From the NCBI GenBank assembly GCA_964576925.1, contig CAZNWJ010000010.1, positions 69,736 to 133,735 on the forward strand: a DNA stretch of 64,000 nucleotides, written 5' to 3'. Both the position numbers and the translations under genes were made by a program. Shown piece by piece: positions 10,341 through 20,140 of the stretch (its first letter is position 1; every line of letters starts with the position of its first letter). This DNA is from an uncultured Ignavibacteria bacterium. Its GTDB lineage: Bacteria; Zixibacteria; MSB-5A5; CAIYYT01. The notes under the pieces are model-generated. The model was not told the DNA's origin and made no database searches. It saw only the letters and a list, made by a program, of their open reading frames with translations.

Positions 10341-11594
10341 TTATTCGTATCGCAGCGCCACGATTGGATCAATTCTGGCCGCCCGCCATGCCGGATACAT
10401 CCCGGAGATTATGCCTGTCCCGGCCGACATCACCAGCCCGATCATTGCCCATGCGGGGGAGAAGAAGTAGCGCCATTCGAGTATCGTCGTCACCACCCAG
10501 CCCAGGCCTGCGCCGAATATGATGCCGATGCCGCCCCCCAACATCGTCAAAGTCGCCGCTTCAACCAGGAACTGGAACAGGATATTTTGCTTGCGCGCCC
10601 CCACCGCTTTCCGTACGCCGATTTCCCGAGTCCGCTGCGTCACTGCGACGAGCATGATGTTCATGACGCCGATCACACCCACCAACAGCCCGACGCACGC
10701 CACCGCTGTCGCCCCCAACTGCACTTTGGAAGTAATATTCGCTACCTCATCTTTGAATCGATCCTGCGTGAGGATCCCGAAGTTGTTCTCCTCGTCGGGG
10801 CGTACCTGCCGCACCCGTCGCAGGGCGTTGATCACCTGGTCCATCGCCTCGCCAAACTGCGTGCGCGACGTCGCGCTGCACATCAGCGTCACCGAGGTCG
10901 TATTCGGATACAGGCGGTCAAAAGTTGTCATCGGGATATAAATGAAGTCGTTCTCACTGATTCCGAACAAGTCGTCAACCCGCGCCTGAACACCGATCAC
11001 CGTGAACTTCCAGCCGTTGATCCGCACTTCCTTGCCTACCGCCTCTTCGTGCACATCAAACAACGCATCCGCAACTTCCGGCCCGATCACACAGACCATC
11101 GCTTCACGCCGCATGTCGTTCTCATCGATGAACCGTCCGAATGTGATCTCGCGGTTGGTAACCACCATCTGGCTTGGCCAGCAACCCCGGAAATCGTCCG
11201 GGTTGCGGATCGACTTGCTACCGTACTTGGCGATGTTGTTCATCGCGCGTTTCTGCGGCGCCACCGCCTTGACCAGCGGACACCATTCCTCGATCGCTTC
11301 GGCTTCGAGCATCGTGATATCTTTGCGCCGCCGCTGCTCCTCGGTCAAATTGTCAAAATCAGTGTGTTCATCCCATTGCGTGATGTACATCACGTTGCTG
11401 CCGATCTTGTCGATTGAGGACTCGGCGTATGCGGTAAAACCGTCCATGATCGTGTTCACCAGGATCACTGCGCCGACACCAACCATGACCCCGATTATCG
11501 TCATCAGACTGCGGAACTTGTTCGAGCGTACGGCATCCAGTGCCAGCCGCATCCCTTCGCGCGTCTCCCAAACACGCTGCGTCCATTTAGTCAT
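10341..11594 (-). CDS. FtsX-family ABC transporter permease (MacB-like, no fused ATPase)
   Basis: N-terminal TM, ~250-aa periplasmic domain, C-terminal FtsX 3-TM bundle; ends VALRYE. Confidence 0.85.
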   Translation of the reverse strand: MTKWTQRVWETREGMRLALDAVRSNKFRSLMTIIGVMVGVGAVILVNTIMDGFTAYAESSIDKIGSNVMYITQWDEHTDFDNLTEEQRRRKDITMLEAEAIEEWCPLVKAVAPQKRAMNNIAKYGSKSIRNPDDFRGCWPSQMVVTNREITFGRFIDENDMRREAMVCVIGPEVADALFDVHEEAVGKEVRINGWKFTVIGVQARVDDLFGISENDFIYIPMTTFDRLYPNTTSVTLMCSATSRTQFGEAMDQVINALRRVRQVRPDEENNFGILTQDRFKDEVANITSKVQLGATAVACVGLLVGVIGVMNIMLVAVTQRTREIGVRKAVGARKQNILFQFLVEAATLTMLGGGIGIIFGAGLGWVVTTILEWRYFFSPAWAMIGLVMSAGTGIISGMYPAWRAARIDPIVALRYE

Positions 11595-12810
11595 AGCTCA
11601 AGGCCTTGATCGGGTCAAAACGCGACGCGCGCACCGCAGGATACATACCAAAGAATAATCCCACCGCCATCGAGATACCGAACCCCAGCGTGATCGCCAG
11701 CGTGGTCGGCGTGACATAGATATCCAATAGGGAAGTCAGCACCTGCTCGCCGATCATCACGCCAAACAGAATCCCGGCCGACCCGCCCAACAGCGAGAGG
11801 ATCGTCGACTCGTACAGGAATTGTATCAGGATATGCCGCCGGCGCGCGCCGATCGACTTGCGAATACCGATTTCCCGGGTCCGCTCCGTTACCGAGATCA
11901 TCATGATATTCATGATCACGATCCCGCCGATAATGATCGACAGCAGCGGCAGCGAAATCATCACCACGCGAAATCCGCGTGTCAGGTCGTTGATGAAGCT
12001 CAGTATCGCATCCGGCGTCATAATCGTAAAATCATCCGCATCGTCGTATGAGATATGCCGCGCCGATCGCAGCACCGTTCGTACCTGGTCCATCGCCGGT
12101 TCGCGCCGTTCCATCGAAACTGCGCTGATCACGAGATTGACCGGATTGCCCGGCTGCTTGTAAATCTTCTGGTGCGTCGACAAGGGAATCGCAATAAACT
12201 CGTCCATGTCCTCGCCCAGCATCCCGCCCAGTTCCTCCGCCACGCCGATCACGACAAACTCGTTCTGTCCGATGCGAATTCTCTCGCCGATCGCGTTCAT
12301 CTCCTCAAACAGCCGTTCTTTCACCCGTTGCCCGATAAACGCGACCTGCTTGCGCCGGGCATCATCTTCCCAGGAAAGATAGCGGCCCGCCGCCACGTCC
12401 AGATCTCGCATCGCAAGCATGTTTGGTGTGTGTCCCTCGACCGACACCCACGGCATCCGCGTGTCCGCATATTTGACCATGTCCGATCCGTAGGCTTCCG
12501 CTCCCACTTCCGCACAATCGGGACAACCCTCCTCAATCGGCTCGATCAGTCCGCGCGTCAACTTCCGCCGTTTCATTCGCTCGAGGTATTCCTGCATCGT
12601 TAGACCGAAACCGAAACGCGTCACCATGAACGTGTTCGAACCCAGCGAAGCAAACGCGTCTTCGAGATTATTCTGCATCCCCTCAACCGTCGATACGATC
12701 GCGATTACCGAGGTTACCCCCATCGTCATCCCCAGCACGGTCAACGCCGAACGCAGGCGATTCGCCCACAGCGCAGCCAGTGACTCTTTGATCAGCGAGA
12801 AAAATACCAT
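11587..12810 (-). CDS. FtsX-family ABC transporter permease (MacB-like, no fused ATPase)
   Basis: Same architecture as 10341..11594; 8-nt overlap with it; ends KALSYD. Confidence 0.85.
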   Translation of the reverse strand: MVFFSLIKESLAALWANRLRSALTVLGMTMGVTSVIAIVSTVEGMQNNLEDAFASLGSNTFMVTRFGFGLTMQEYLERMKRRKLTRGLIEPIEEGCPDCAEVGAEAYGSDMVKYADTRMPWVSVEGHTPNMLAMRDLDVAAGRYLSWEDDARRKQVAFIGQRVKERLFEEMNAIGERIRIGQNEFVVIGVAEELGGMLGEDMDEFIAIPLSTHQKIYKQPGNPVNLVISAVSMERREPAMDQVRTVLRSARHISYDDADDFTIMTPDAILSFINDLTRGFRVVMISLPLLSIIIGGIVIMNIMMISVTERTREIGIRKSIGARRRHILIQFLYESTILSLLGGSAGILFGVMIGEQVLTSLLDIYVTPTTLAITLGFGISMAVGLFFGMYPAVRASRFDPIKALSYD

Positions 12811-12840
12811 AGCGCAGCGTCTTGTGCCAAACCGTCGTCT

Positions 12841-14169
12841 CTACTTCTCATTCATGCGGTCGAGCGAAGATTGCTCGATCGTCACGGCTTCACCGGCCTT
12901 GATCTTGCGTAAAGTCTGGTAGGAACCGGATATCACCGTGTCGCCCGGAGTTACGCCCGACAGCGCGACAATATTGCGTTCATCCGCGATCCCGGTGCTT
13001 ATCTCGACGAATTCCGCTTTCCCGCCGCGGATCACGAATACCCCCGTCTTCTTGGTCTTGTCGCTTTTCTTGCGCGAGCCGGCCTTGTCGGTCGCGGGAT
13101 CAGCTTGAGCAGCGTTGGCCTGTTGCACCAGGCCGCCATCTTCTTGCTTCGCCTCAGCTCTTGTCTTGAGTGAGTCAGGATCAAACTCCCGCGTAACTAA
13201 TGCTGCGTAAGGAACAAGGAGGGCGTCCTCAGCCTGGCTGGTTGTAATGTCTACCGTCGCCGACATCCCGGGACGGAAAGTCACTTCAGCGGCGTCAAAG
13301 CGCACCTTGACGCGAAAACTGGTAGTGTAATTGTCGGTCCCCTGGCCCGCCACCAGCGCCGAGTTGCCGATCTCCACGACCGTGCCGACAAAACTCGTGT
13401 CGCGGAACGCGTCCACCTTAATCTTGGCCTTCTGCCCGATCCCCACCTTGGCAATCTCGCTCTCGTCTACGTCGATCTCGACCTCAAACACCGACAGGTC
13501 GGCAATCGTCATCAGCGTCTGTCCCTGTGTGAATGCCGTCTGGGCCTGGGCGATTTCCCCGACTTCGACGCTCAGATATGTCAGTACACCGTCCATCGGG
13601 GCCCTGATCGATGTCTTGGAAAGATTGTCTTCGGCCTTTTCCAGTCTGGCGCGCGCCGTTTCTACCTGTGCCAGCGACGCCCTGTAGTTGGCCTCCGAGT
13701 TTTCAAAGTTGTAGCGAGCCGTGCTCGCGGCATTCTCCGAGCCAAGATTCTGCTCATAGAGCTTTCGCTGCCGCTCGGCTTCCAGCTTGTCGATCTCCAA
13801 TTGCGCCTTACCCGCCTCCGCTCGTGAAGATATCTCGTCGAGGCTATAACGCGCCTGCGACACATCCGACTGCAGCTGAATCGTGTCGAGTAATAACAAT
13901 AGGTCGCCGCGCGCAACCAGATCGCCCTCTTTGACATAGATCTTGATGATCTGGGCCGATACTTCCGCTGTGATGTCGACCTTGGTCTGCGGCTGGATGC
14001 GACCCGAGGCCGATACGATTTCTGAAATATCATCTCTATACGCCAGATCGGCCTGCACTGCCGTCGCCTCATTGCCGGAGCCCATGTTCATCGCAATGAC
14101 CAGGATCAGGACAACAACAACACCTAGCGTGATAAAAAGCGCCTTTTTCGATCGCCACTTAAAAGCCAT
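12841..14169 (-). CDS. Efflux transporter periplasmic adaptor subunit (HlyD/MacA-type membrane fusion protein)
   Basis: N-terminal TM anchor, long coiled-coil segment, beta-barrel/lipoyl-like C-terminal half; directly upstream of two FtsX permeases. Confidence 0.8.
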   Translation of the reverse strand: MAFKWRSKKALFITLGVVVVLILVIAMNMGSGNEATAVQADLAYRDDISEIVSASGRIQPQTKVDITAEVSAQIIKIYVKEGDLVARGDLLLLLDTIQLQSDVSQARYSLDEISSRAEAGKAQLEIDKLEAERQRKLYEQNLGSENAASTARYNFENSEANYRASLAQVETARARLEKAEDNLSKTSIRAPMDGVLTYLSVEVGEIAQAQTAFTQGQTLMTIADLSVFEVEIDVDESEIAKVGIGQKAKIKVDAFRDTSFVGTVVEIGNSALVAGQGTDNYTTSFRVKVRFDAAEVTFRPGMSATVDITTSQAEDALLVPYAALVTREFDPDSLKTRAEAKQEDGGLVQQANAAQADPATDKAGSRKKSDKTKKTGVFVIRGGKAEFVEISTGIADERNIVALSGVTPGDTVISGSYQTLRKIKAGEAVTIEQSSLDRMNEK

Positions 14170-14427
14170 GGGGGACTCCCTAACAAGACAACACGTTATC
14201 GAGACTATTCAATCATATATGACTGCCTCCGCATCCCAGATGTTTCAGCTTCCTCAGAAGTTCTTCTCGCTTTCTGCCTTCGCTGTCAGTCGGCTCCTGG
14301 CCATCACAGCCGCACCGGACGTCACTCTCGAGCCGCCGGAAAATGTGATTGCGCCGCCTTCCGTTCGTGCCTATGCTGAACCGAGAGCTAAATGGGCCAC
14401 AATGTCTCAACTAAAGGAGTCCGGTCT

Positions 14428-14937
14428 ATGCACGATGTCTGGAAAAACCTGGTCTGGCAGCAATTCGGAGGCAGCATCGATATGCTGGAGAATGCAATTC
14501 GTGCCTGCCCCGAGAAACTTTGGTCTGATCGTTCGCGCAATCCTGAGTTCTGGTACACCGCCTTCCACGCCCTCTTCTGGCTCGATCTCTACCTCTCGCC
14601 CTCCGAGCATGGATTCGCCCCGCCAGCTCCCTTCGGTCTGGAAGAACTCGATCCCGCCGGCGTTCTGCCCGATCGGGTCTACTCAAAGGATGAATTACTC
14701 AGCTATTTAGAGCACGGGCGCCAAAAATGCCGCCGTACCATCGCGGCTCTGACCGAGGAGTCCGCCCACCAGGCGTACCGCGATTTCGGTCAGAGCGACT
14801 TCAGCTTCGCCCAACTGCTGCTCTACAATATGCGCCACGTGCAACATCATGCCGCCCAACTAAATCTGCTTCTGAGGCAGCACACCGACTCGGCGCCAAC
14901 CTGGGTAAGACGGACGAAGTTGCCGCTCAAAGAATAA
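14428..14937 (+). CDS. DinB/YfiT-like (DinB_2 superfamily) metal-dependent four-helix-bundle protein
   Basis: AAAGGAG RBS 9 nt upstream of the ATG at 14428. Conserved His pattern (…FHALFW…, …MRHVQHHAAQL…). The track ORF begins earlier at 14392 but lacks an RBS. Confidence 0.65.
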   Translation: MHDVWKNLVWQQFGGSIDMLENAIRACPEKLWSDRSRNPEFWYTAFHALFWLDLYLSPSEHGFAPPAPFGLEELDPAGVLPDRVYSKDELLSYLEHGRQKCRRTIAALTEESAHQAYRDFGQSDFSFAQLLLYNMRHVQHHAAQLNLLLRQHTDSAPTWVRRTKLPLKE

Positions 14938-15021
14938 CCCATCGCCAGGAATCGGTTCGGAATCCGGCGAATCTATCCTGCAGTCAGCCTTCAGTAGGGC
15001 AATGAAACTTCATTCCTGCCC

Positions 15022-15049
15022 TTGACAGCCCTCCCCGTCTGGCTATATT
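15022..15049 (+). promoter_or_regulatory. Putative sigma70-like promoter TTGACA-N16-TATATT upstream of the 1040-aa dockerin protein gene
   Basis: Hexamers read directly, about 85 nt upstream of the start at 15134. The organism's promoter consensus is unknown. Confidence 0.3.
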
Positions 15050-15133
15050 CATTCCAGGTAACTCTTCTAAAATACGGTCGCAAAGTCCACAATTTCCCGT
15101 CTGCCCGGTTGCGGCAGGGAAGGGAGTCAGGTC

Positions 15134-18100
15134 ATGAATCATTGGTCAAGACCCGCATGGCTGTTTGCCATCGCATTGCTGGTAACCGCTTCTGCCATGG
15201 GCCCGGTCGGTGAAGCCTCACCCCGCGCCTGGACTATCGTGGCAACCTATGAGATTCCGGAGGGCGCCTCTGGCCTCGCCTGGGATGGTACCAACATCTA
15301 CTTCGGCATCTATGGTGTCAACGGCAGCAACGTCTACCGACTGAATCCCTCCAACGGTAGCTATGTCCTGCAATGTACCGGCACGCACGAGGATGCATAC
15401 GGTCTCACCTTTGACGGCACCAATCTCTGGACCACCGATCACCCCAGTTCTTCGCAGCCGGCCAAGGCAATGCAGTTTTCTTTGAGCGGGTCGTTGATTA
15501 CGCAGTTCAATCTGCCCGTGACATACATGTCCGGCATTGCCTACGACAACGGCAACTTCTGGGTAACTCGGTATTATCCCGACCCCGGAACCGTCTACAA
15601 GGTGAACTCCGCTGGCACCGTCCTTAAGCAATTCGCCGCTCCCGACAATCAGCCCTGGGACATCTGCCTGGCGAACGGCAACCTCTGGATCGCCGACTAC
15701 TGGGGCGACATGCTCTATCTTGTCGACAGCACGACCGGCGCGCTGCTCGACAGCCACGCCGCCGAAGACGTCGATCCTGCCGGAATTGTCTGGGACGGCA
15801 CACACCTTTGGTACTGCGACAACGGCGGCTCGAATAGTTTCGACAAGATCTACAAGATCAATCTCTCCGGCGCCGGGACTCCCGATATCGAAATCCCCGA
15901 AACAGATCACGACTTCGGCTCTGTGGTCCTTACATCGCCCGCGACCTGGCACTGCATCGTCCAAAATGTCGGCACTGCCGATCTACAAGTTGATAGCATG
16001 CTCATCAGCGGTCCGGCGAGCGTAACGAGTTCCGCCACCTTTCCGATGCTGATCGCAGCCGGCAACGTTGATACCATCTCGATAGTCTATCAACCCACGG
16101 TGATAGGGGCCATCTCTGCGACTGCGACGGTATTCTGCAATGATTTGATTACACCCACGGTTGGCCTGACCATGAGCGGTTTTGGCGTCAACTCCGGTCC
16201 CGATGCCACCCCCTTGGCCGATGAGCACGAGTATGGTAACGTCCGCATGCGTTCTTATCCACTCTGGACTCTGCTCATTCAAAACACAGGTACAGAACCT
16301 CTCTCAATCAGCTCCGTCTCGTCGACCGATCCGCAGTTCACAATCGACTCTCGCCTGGTGTTTCCGATCGTCGTCGACTTGCTCGACACGCTGCGTGTAC
16401 CCATCTGGTTCTATCCGCAGGCCCCAATTACTTACAAGACGACTATCATCATTGCCAGCAACGATCCCACCAGCCCGGCTCAACTCGACCTCGGTGGTAC
16501 CTGTGTCTTGGAGATGCAGGAACTCGGCGACACGCTCTGGAGCTACACCGTCGACACAGGCTTCGACAACAGCCCCAAGGCAATCATGCCGATTGCTGAT
16601 GTCAACGGCGACTCTATCCCGGACGTGATCATTTGCACCGAAGACAATTATATTCGCGCCTTTAATGGCAACGCCTCCGGCAGCGGCGATATCATCTGGG
16701 AGCATTATATCTCGGGCGGCTCGATCTATAATCAGAACAGCTTGATCGTCATCCCGGACATTGACGAGGACGGCTACCCCGACGTGATTGTCGGCTCCTC
16801 CTGGGGCGGCAGGCTAATTCGCGCCATCTCGGGACGATTCGGCACAACCATCTGGACCCACACGACCACCAACTACGGAGATGGCGGTTCAATCTATCAA
16901 GTTGATGCCCGCTTCGACTTCAACAACGACGGCTCTGTCGATGTCCTCGCCGCCACCGGCGACGATGGCAATGACACCGGTCCTCGCCGTGTCTATTGCT
17001 TAAACGGGCTCTCCGGCGTGCCCATCTGGGAATACCCGGTCGGCGCACCGGTCTTCGGCGTCATCGGCGTCTCTGACTTCACCGGCGATGGTCGCCCCGA
17101 TGTTGTCGCCGGCGCATCCAATGCCCTCGAAACACAAGGTATCGCCTATGGCCTCAATGGTGTCAACGGCGCCTTCGTTTGGAGCTACCCGACTCCCGGC
17201 TCTTCCGTCTGGGCGATTGAACAACTTGGAGACGTCAACGGCGACACGACTCCCGATGTCATGATCGGCGACTTCAGTATCACAACCGGCAACCTTTTCA
17301 TCCTTAACGCCCGCACCGGCGGCATGCTGCATCAGCAGTCGGCAATCGGCTCCGTCATTCGCCTCGAGCCGATCGGCGACATCAACAGCGACGGCTATGT
17401 CGATATCATGCCTTCACACGCCGCTGCAATGGCCTATGCGGTCAACGGCAAGGACTGCAGCAACATCTGGTCGCAACCGCTCCCCGACAAACCCTGGTGC
17501 GTTTCTGCCGCCAATGACCTGAATTCCGATGGCTTCAAAGACATCATGCTCGGGACATTGTTCAGTCAGAACTACGCCAGCTTCGTTAATGCGGTCGGTG
17601 GCGCTACCATGCTCAGCATCCCCTTCTCGTCGCCCATCGATGCGCTCCATTCGATCCCTGACATAGTCGGCGACGTCTCCATGGAAATGGTAGCTGGCGG
17701 CCGGGAAGGCGAAATCGTATGCTTCTCCGGCGGAACGGCGGCCTCACCCAATCAGGCTCCGTTGCAGGCCTCCGATCCAGAGCCGGCGGATGGTGCTCCC
17801 AACGTGCCAACATCGGCTGTGCTTTCCTGGACCGGCGGCGACCCCGATGCTGGAGATGTCGTGTTTTATGATGTCTACCTTGGCACTTCACTGCCGCTCA
17901 ACCTGGTTAGTCCAAACCAATCGACGACGACCTTTGCACCCGGTGCCCTGCAGGACGACGAGACCTACTTCTGGCGTGTTGACACCAAAGACCAGTTGGG
18001 CTTGATGACCGGCGGCACTACCTGGTCATTTTCGACGGCCGCGGGCTATCTCTGCGGCGACGCCGACGGCAGCGGCATCATCACAATCTCCGATGCAGTC

Positions 18101-18256
18101 TACCTGATCGGCTACATCTTCGGCGGTGGCCCGGCGCCCAACCCCCTGGCGGCCGGGGACGCCGACTGCACCGGCATCGTCACAATTTCCGACGCCGTCT
18201 ACTTGATTAGCTACATCTTCGGCGGCGGCCCTGCGCCTTGCGCCACTTGCCCCTGA
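15134..18256 (+). CDS. Large secreted protein: N-terminal beta-propeller, two Ig-like domains, 7-bladed FG-GAP-type beta-propeller, FN3 domain, C-terminal tandem dockerin-like module
   Basis: Signal peptide (AIALLVTASAMG). Repeated D-x-N/D-x-D-G-x-x-D-[VI] FG-GAP-like Ca loops (DVNGDSIPDV, DIDEDGYPDV, DFNNDGSVDV, DFTGDGRPDV, DVNGDTTPDV, DINSDGYVDI, DLNSDGFKDI). FN3-like segment. C-terminal GDADGSGIITISDAVYLIGYIFGGGPAP x2. Confidence 0.8.
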   Translation: MNHWSRPAWLFAIALLVTASAMGPVGEASPRAWTIVATYEIPEGASGLAWDGTNIYFGIYGVNGSNVYRLNPSNGSYVLQCTGTHEDAYGLTFDGTNLWTTDHPSSSQPAKAMQFSLSGSLITQFNLPVTYMSGIAYDNGNFWVTRYYPDPGTVYKVNSAGTVLKQFAAPDNQPWDICLANGNLWIADYWGDMLYLVDSTTGALLDSHAAEDVDPAGIVWDGTHLWYCDNGGSNSFDKIYKINLSGAGTPDIEIPETDHDFGSVVLTSPATWHCIVQNVGTADLQVDSMLISGPASVTSSATFPMLIAAGNVDTISIVYQPTVIGAISATATVFCNDLITPTVGLTMSGFGVNSGPDATPLADEHEYGNVRMRSYPLWTLLIQNTGTEPLSISSVSSTDPQFTIDSRLVFPIVVDLLDTLRVPIWFYPQAPITYKTTIIIASNDPTSPAQLDLGGTCVLEMQELGDTLWSYTVDTGFDNSPKAIMPIADVNGDSIPDVIICTEDNYIRAFNGNASGSGDIIWEHYISGGSIYNQNSLIVIPDIDEDGYPDVIVGSSWGGRLIRAISGRFGTTIWTHTTTNYGDGGSIYQVDARFDFNNDGSVDVLAATGDDGNDTGPRRVYCLNGLSGVPIWEYPVGAPVFGVIGVSDFTGDGRPDVVAGASNALETQGIAYGLNGVNGAFVWSYPTPGSSVWAIEQLGDVNGDTTPDVMIGDFSITTGNLFILNARTGGMLHQQSAIGSVIRLEPIGDINSDGYVDIMPSHAAAMAYAVNGKDCSNIWSQPLPDKPWCVSAANDLNSDGFKDIMLGTLFSQNYASFVNAVGGATMLSIPFSSPIDALHSIPDIVGDVSMEMVAGGREGEIVCFSGGTAASPNQAPLQASDPEPADGAPNVPTSAVLSWTGGDPDAGDVVFYDVYLGTSLPLNLVSPNQSTTTFAPGALQDDETYFWRVDTKDQLGLMTGGTTWSFSTAAGYLCGDADGSGIITISDAVYLIGYIFGGGPAPNPLAAGDADCTGIVTISDAVYLISYIFGGGPAPCATCP

Positions 18257-18274
18257 TCAAATCTGTTCCTGGGT

Positions 18275-18296
18275 CGGAGTCCCTTCCCGGACTCCG
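18275..18296 (+). terminator. Putative intrinsic terminator hairpin (cggagtcc/ggactccg, 8-bp stem) downstream of 15134..18256
   Basis: Inverted repeat read directly; weakly T-rich tail (cctatttagg). Confidence 0.3.
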
Positions 18297-18431
18297 GCCC
18301 TCCTATTTAGGCGAGCACGCCCGAGAACCTTCAACAATTGCGGCTATTCGGTAAGCTGCAGAAGTACTTGCTAACTCGATTCAAGCAGATTATCGTGTAA
18401 TCTATCGATTTATCTCACTACGAGGCATTCG

Positions 18432-18815
18432 GTGACGATCAATATCTACGCCGCGTGGATCGGGCTCTGTCTGGCCTGTTTGGCAGGTATGGTTGCGGGG
18501 TTGTTTTTTCACCGCGAGGATTTTCTCGGTGGCTACGGAAGCTGGGCACGCCGGCTTATGCGTCTCGGCCACATCTCTCTTTTCGGTCTGGCATTCGTCA
18601 ATTTCATCTTCTACGCAACCTGCCGGTTCCTTGACCTCCAAGCCGGGCTGGCCTTGGTCTCAACTCTCTTCATCATTGGCGCGGTAACGATGCCTTTGGT
18701 CTGCTACACAGCGGCATTCTATCGCCCCGTCCGTAATCTCTTCTTCATCCCGGTGCTGTCGATCACTGGCGGCGCCGTCATCTTTACTGTCAAAATTCTC
18801 GAGGCATCCTTATGA
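18432..18815 (+). CDS. Small integral membrane protein (4 predicted TM helices), hypothetical
   Basis: GTG start with GAGG 6 nt upstream; hydrophobic profile; stop overlaps the start of the radical SAM gene (ATGA). Confidence 0.5.
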   Translation: MTINIYAAWIGLCLACLAGMVAGLFFHREDFLGGYGSWARRLMRLGHISLFGLAFVNFIFYATCRFLDLQAGLALVSTLFIIGAVTMPLVCYTAAFYRPVRNLFFIPVLSITGGAVIFTVKILEASL

Positions 18816-20140
18816 ACATCGGCTTGATCGCTATGAGCGGAATTCGCGTCCTCGACCAGCAACTCGTCGAAGTTGGTCTCACGTTGCCGGGCTTTCTCGA
18901 ACGCAGCCAAACCATCGCCTCGCTACCCAGTCTCGGCTTGCTCACCTTGGCCGGTATGACCCCGCCGCACCATCACGTCGAATATCTCGAAGTCCCCGAC
19001 CTGAAATTGCTGGATGGCGTTCCTGCTCGTTTCGACCTGGTCGCGATCTCCAGTTACAGCGCCCAGATCGACGAGGCTTACGAACTGGCCGATCGCTATC
19101 GCGCCTTGGGTGTTCCCACCGTGATCGGGGGGCCGCATGTTACCGTGCTGCCCGATGAAGCTCTGCAACACTGTAGCAGCGTCGTCATCGGCGAGGGAGA
19201 GGCAACCTGGCAACAGCTGCTTGAAGATGCCGGGCGCGGGCGGTTGCAGCAGCGCTACGGGACGCGCGAATGTGACTTCGATCTTGAAGACTCCCCGCTG
19301 CCGGCCTTCGAATTGCTCAACATCAACAGCTATAACCGCCTGACAGTCCAGACCAGCCGCGGCTGTCCCCATTGTTGCGATTTCTGCGCCGGATCAAGAT
19401 TGCTCACTTCCCGCTACAAGCAGAAGCCGGTCTCGAAGGTAATCGCGGAGATCGACAAAATCTGCTCAATCTGGCCGCATCCGTTTATTGAGTTCGCGGA
19501 TGACAACTCGATGGTCAATCGCAGCTACTGGAAGGAACTGCTTTCGGAACTCGTTCCGCGCCGCATACGCTGGTTTACTGAAACCGACGTCGCCGTCGCC
19601 GACGACCCCGAACTCCTAACGCTTATGCGCGAGGCTGGCTGTGCGCAGGTACTTATCGGCTTCGAGAGCCCTCGTGCTGATGAACTAACCGGGATTGAAC
19701 TCAACAGTGACTGGAAATCCAAACGCGCCCCTCGTTATGCCGAGGCCATCAAGACCGTTCAGTCGCATGGCGTCACGGTTAACGGCTGCTTCGTTCTCGG
19801 TCTTGACTCGCACTCAACCGATATTTTCGACCAGGTCTACGAATTCGTCCATCAGACGGAGCTCTATGAGGTCCAGATCACGATCATGACACCGTTCCCG
19901 GGCACGTTGCTTTACGAACGGCTCTCGCGCGAGAAACGCCTGATCGCGCCGGAAAACTGGAAAGCCTGTACGCTTTTCGATGTCAATTTTCTGCCCGCGC
20001 GCATGTCTCCCGAAGAACTGCGTGCGCGTTTCCGCAAGCTGATAGCCCGCATCTACAGCGATGAGTTCACCGCCTCCCGCCGGGCAGCGTTCAAGAAAAA
20101 TCTGAGGCAAGCACACCACATGAAAGGTGGATCACTGTGA
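18812..20140 (+). CDS. Cobalamin-binding (class B) radical SAM protein
   Basis: N-terminal B12-binding-like Rossmann segment (…DLVAISSYSAQ…GVPTVIGGPH…). Radical SAM cysteine triad C-PH-C-C-DF-C (CxxxCxxC). Translationally coupled to both neighbours. Confidence 0.85.
   Translation: MNIGLIAMSGIRVLDQQLVEVGLTLPGFLERSQTIASLPSLGLLTLAGMTPPHHHVEYLEVPDLKLLDGVPARFDLVAISSYSAQIDEAYELADRYRALGVPTVIGGPHVTVLPDEALQHCSSVVIGEGEATWQQLLEDAGRGRLQQRYGTRECDFDLEDSPLPAFELLNINSYNRLTVQTSRGCPHCCDFCAGSRLLTSRYKQKPVSKVIAEIDKICSIWPHPFIEFADDNSMVNRSYWKELLSELVPRRIRWFTETDVAVADDPELLTLMREAGCAQVLIGFESPRADELTGIELNSDWKSKRAPRYAEAIKTVQSHGVTVNGCFVLGLDSHSTDIFDQVYEFVHQTELYEVQITIMTPFPGTLLYERLSREKRLIAPENWKACTLFDVNFLPARMSPEELRARFRKLIARIYSDEFTASRRAAFKKNLRQAHHMKGGSL

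Noticed and set aside
13943-14710. 255-aa + strand ORF overlapping the MFP and DinB-like genes
   Set aside because: Spans two real genes on opposite strands, no motifs; composition artefact.
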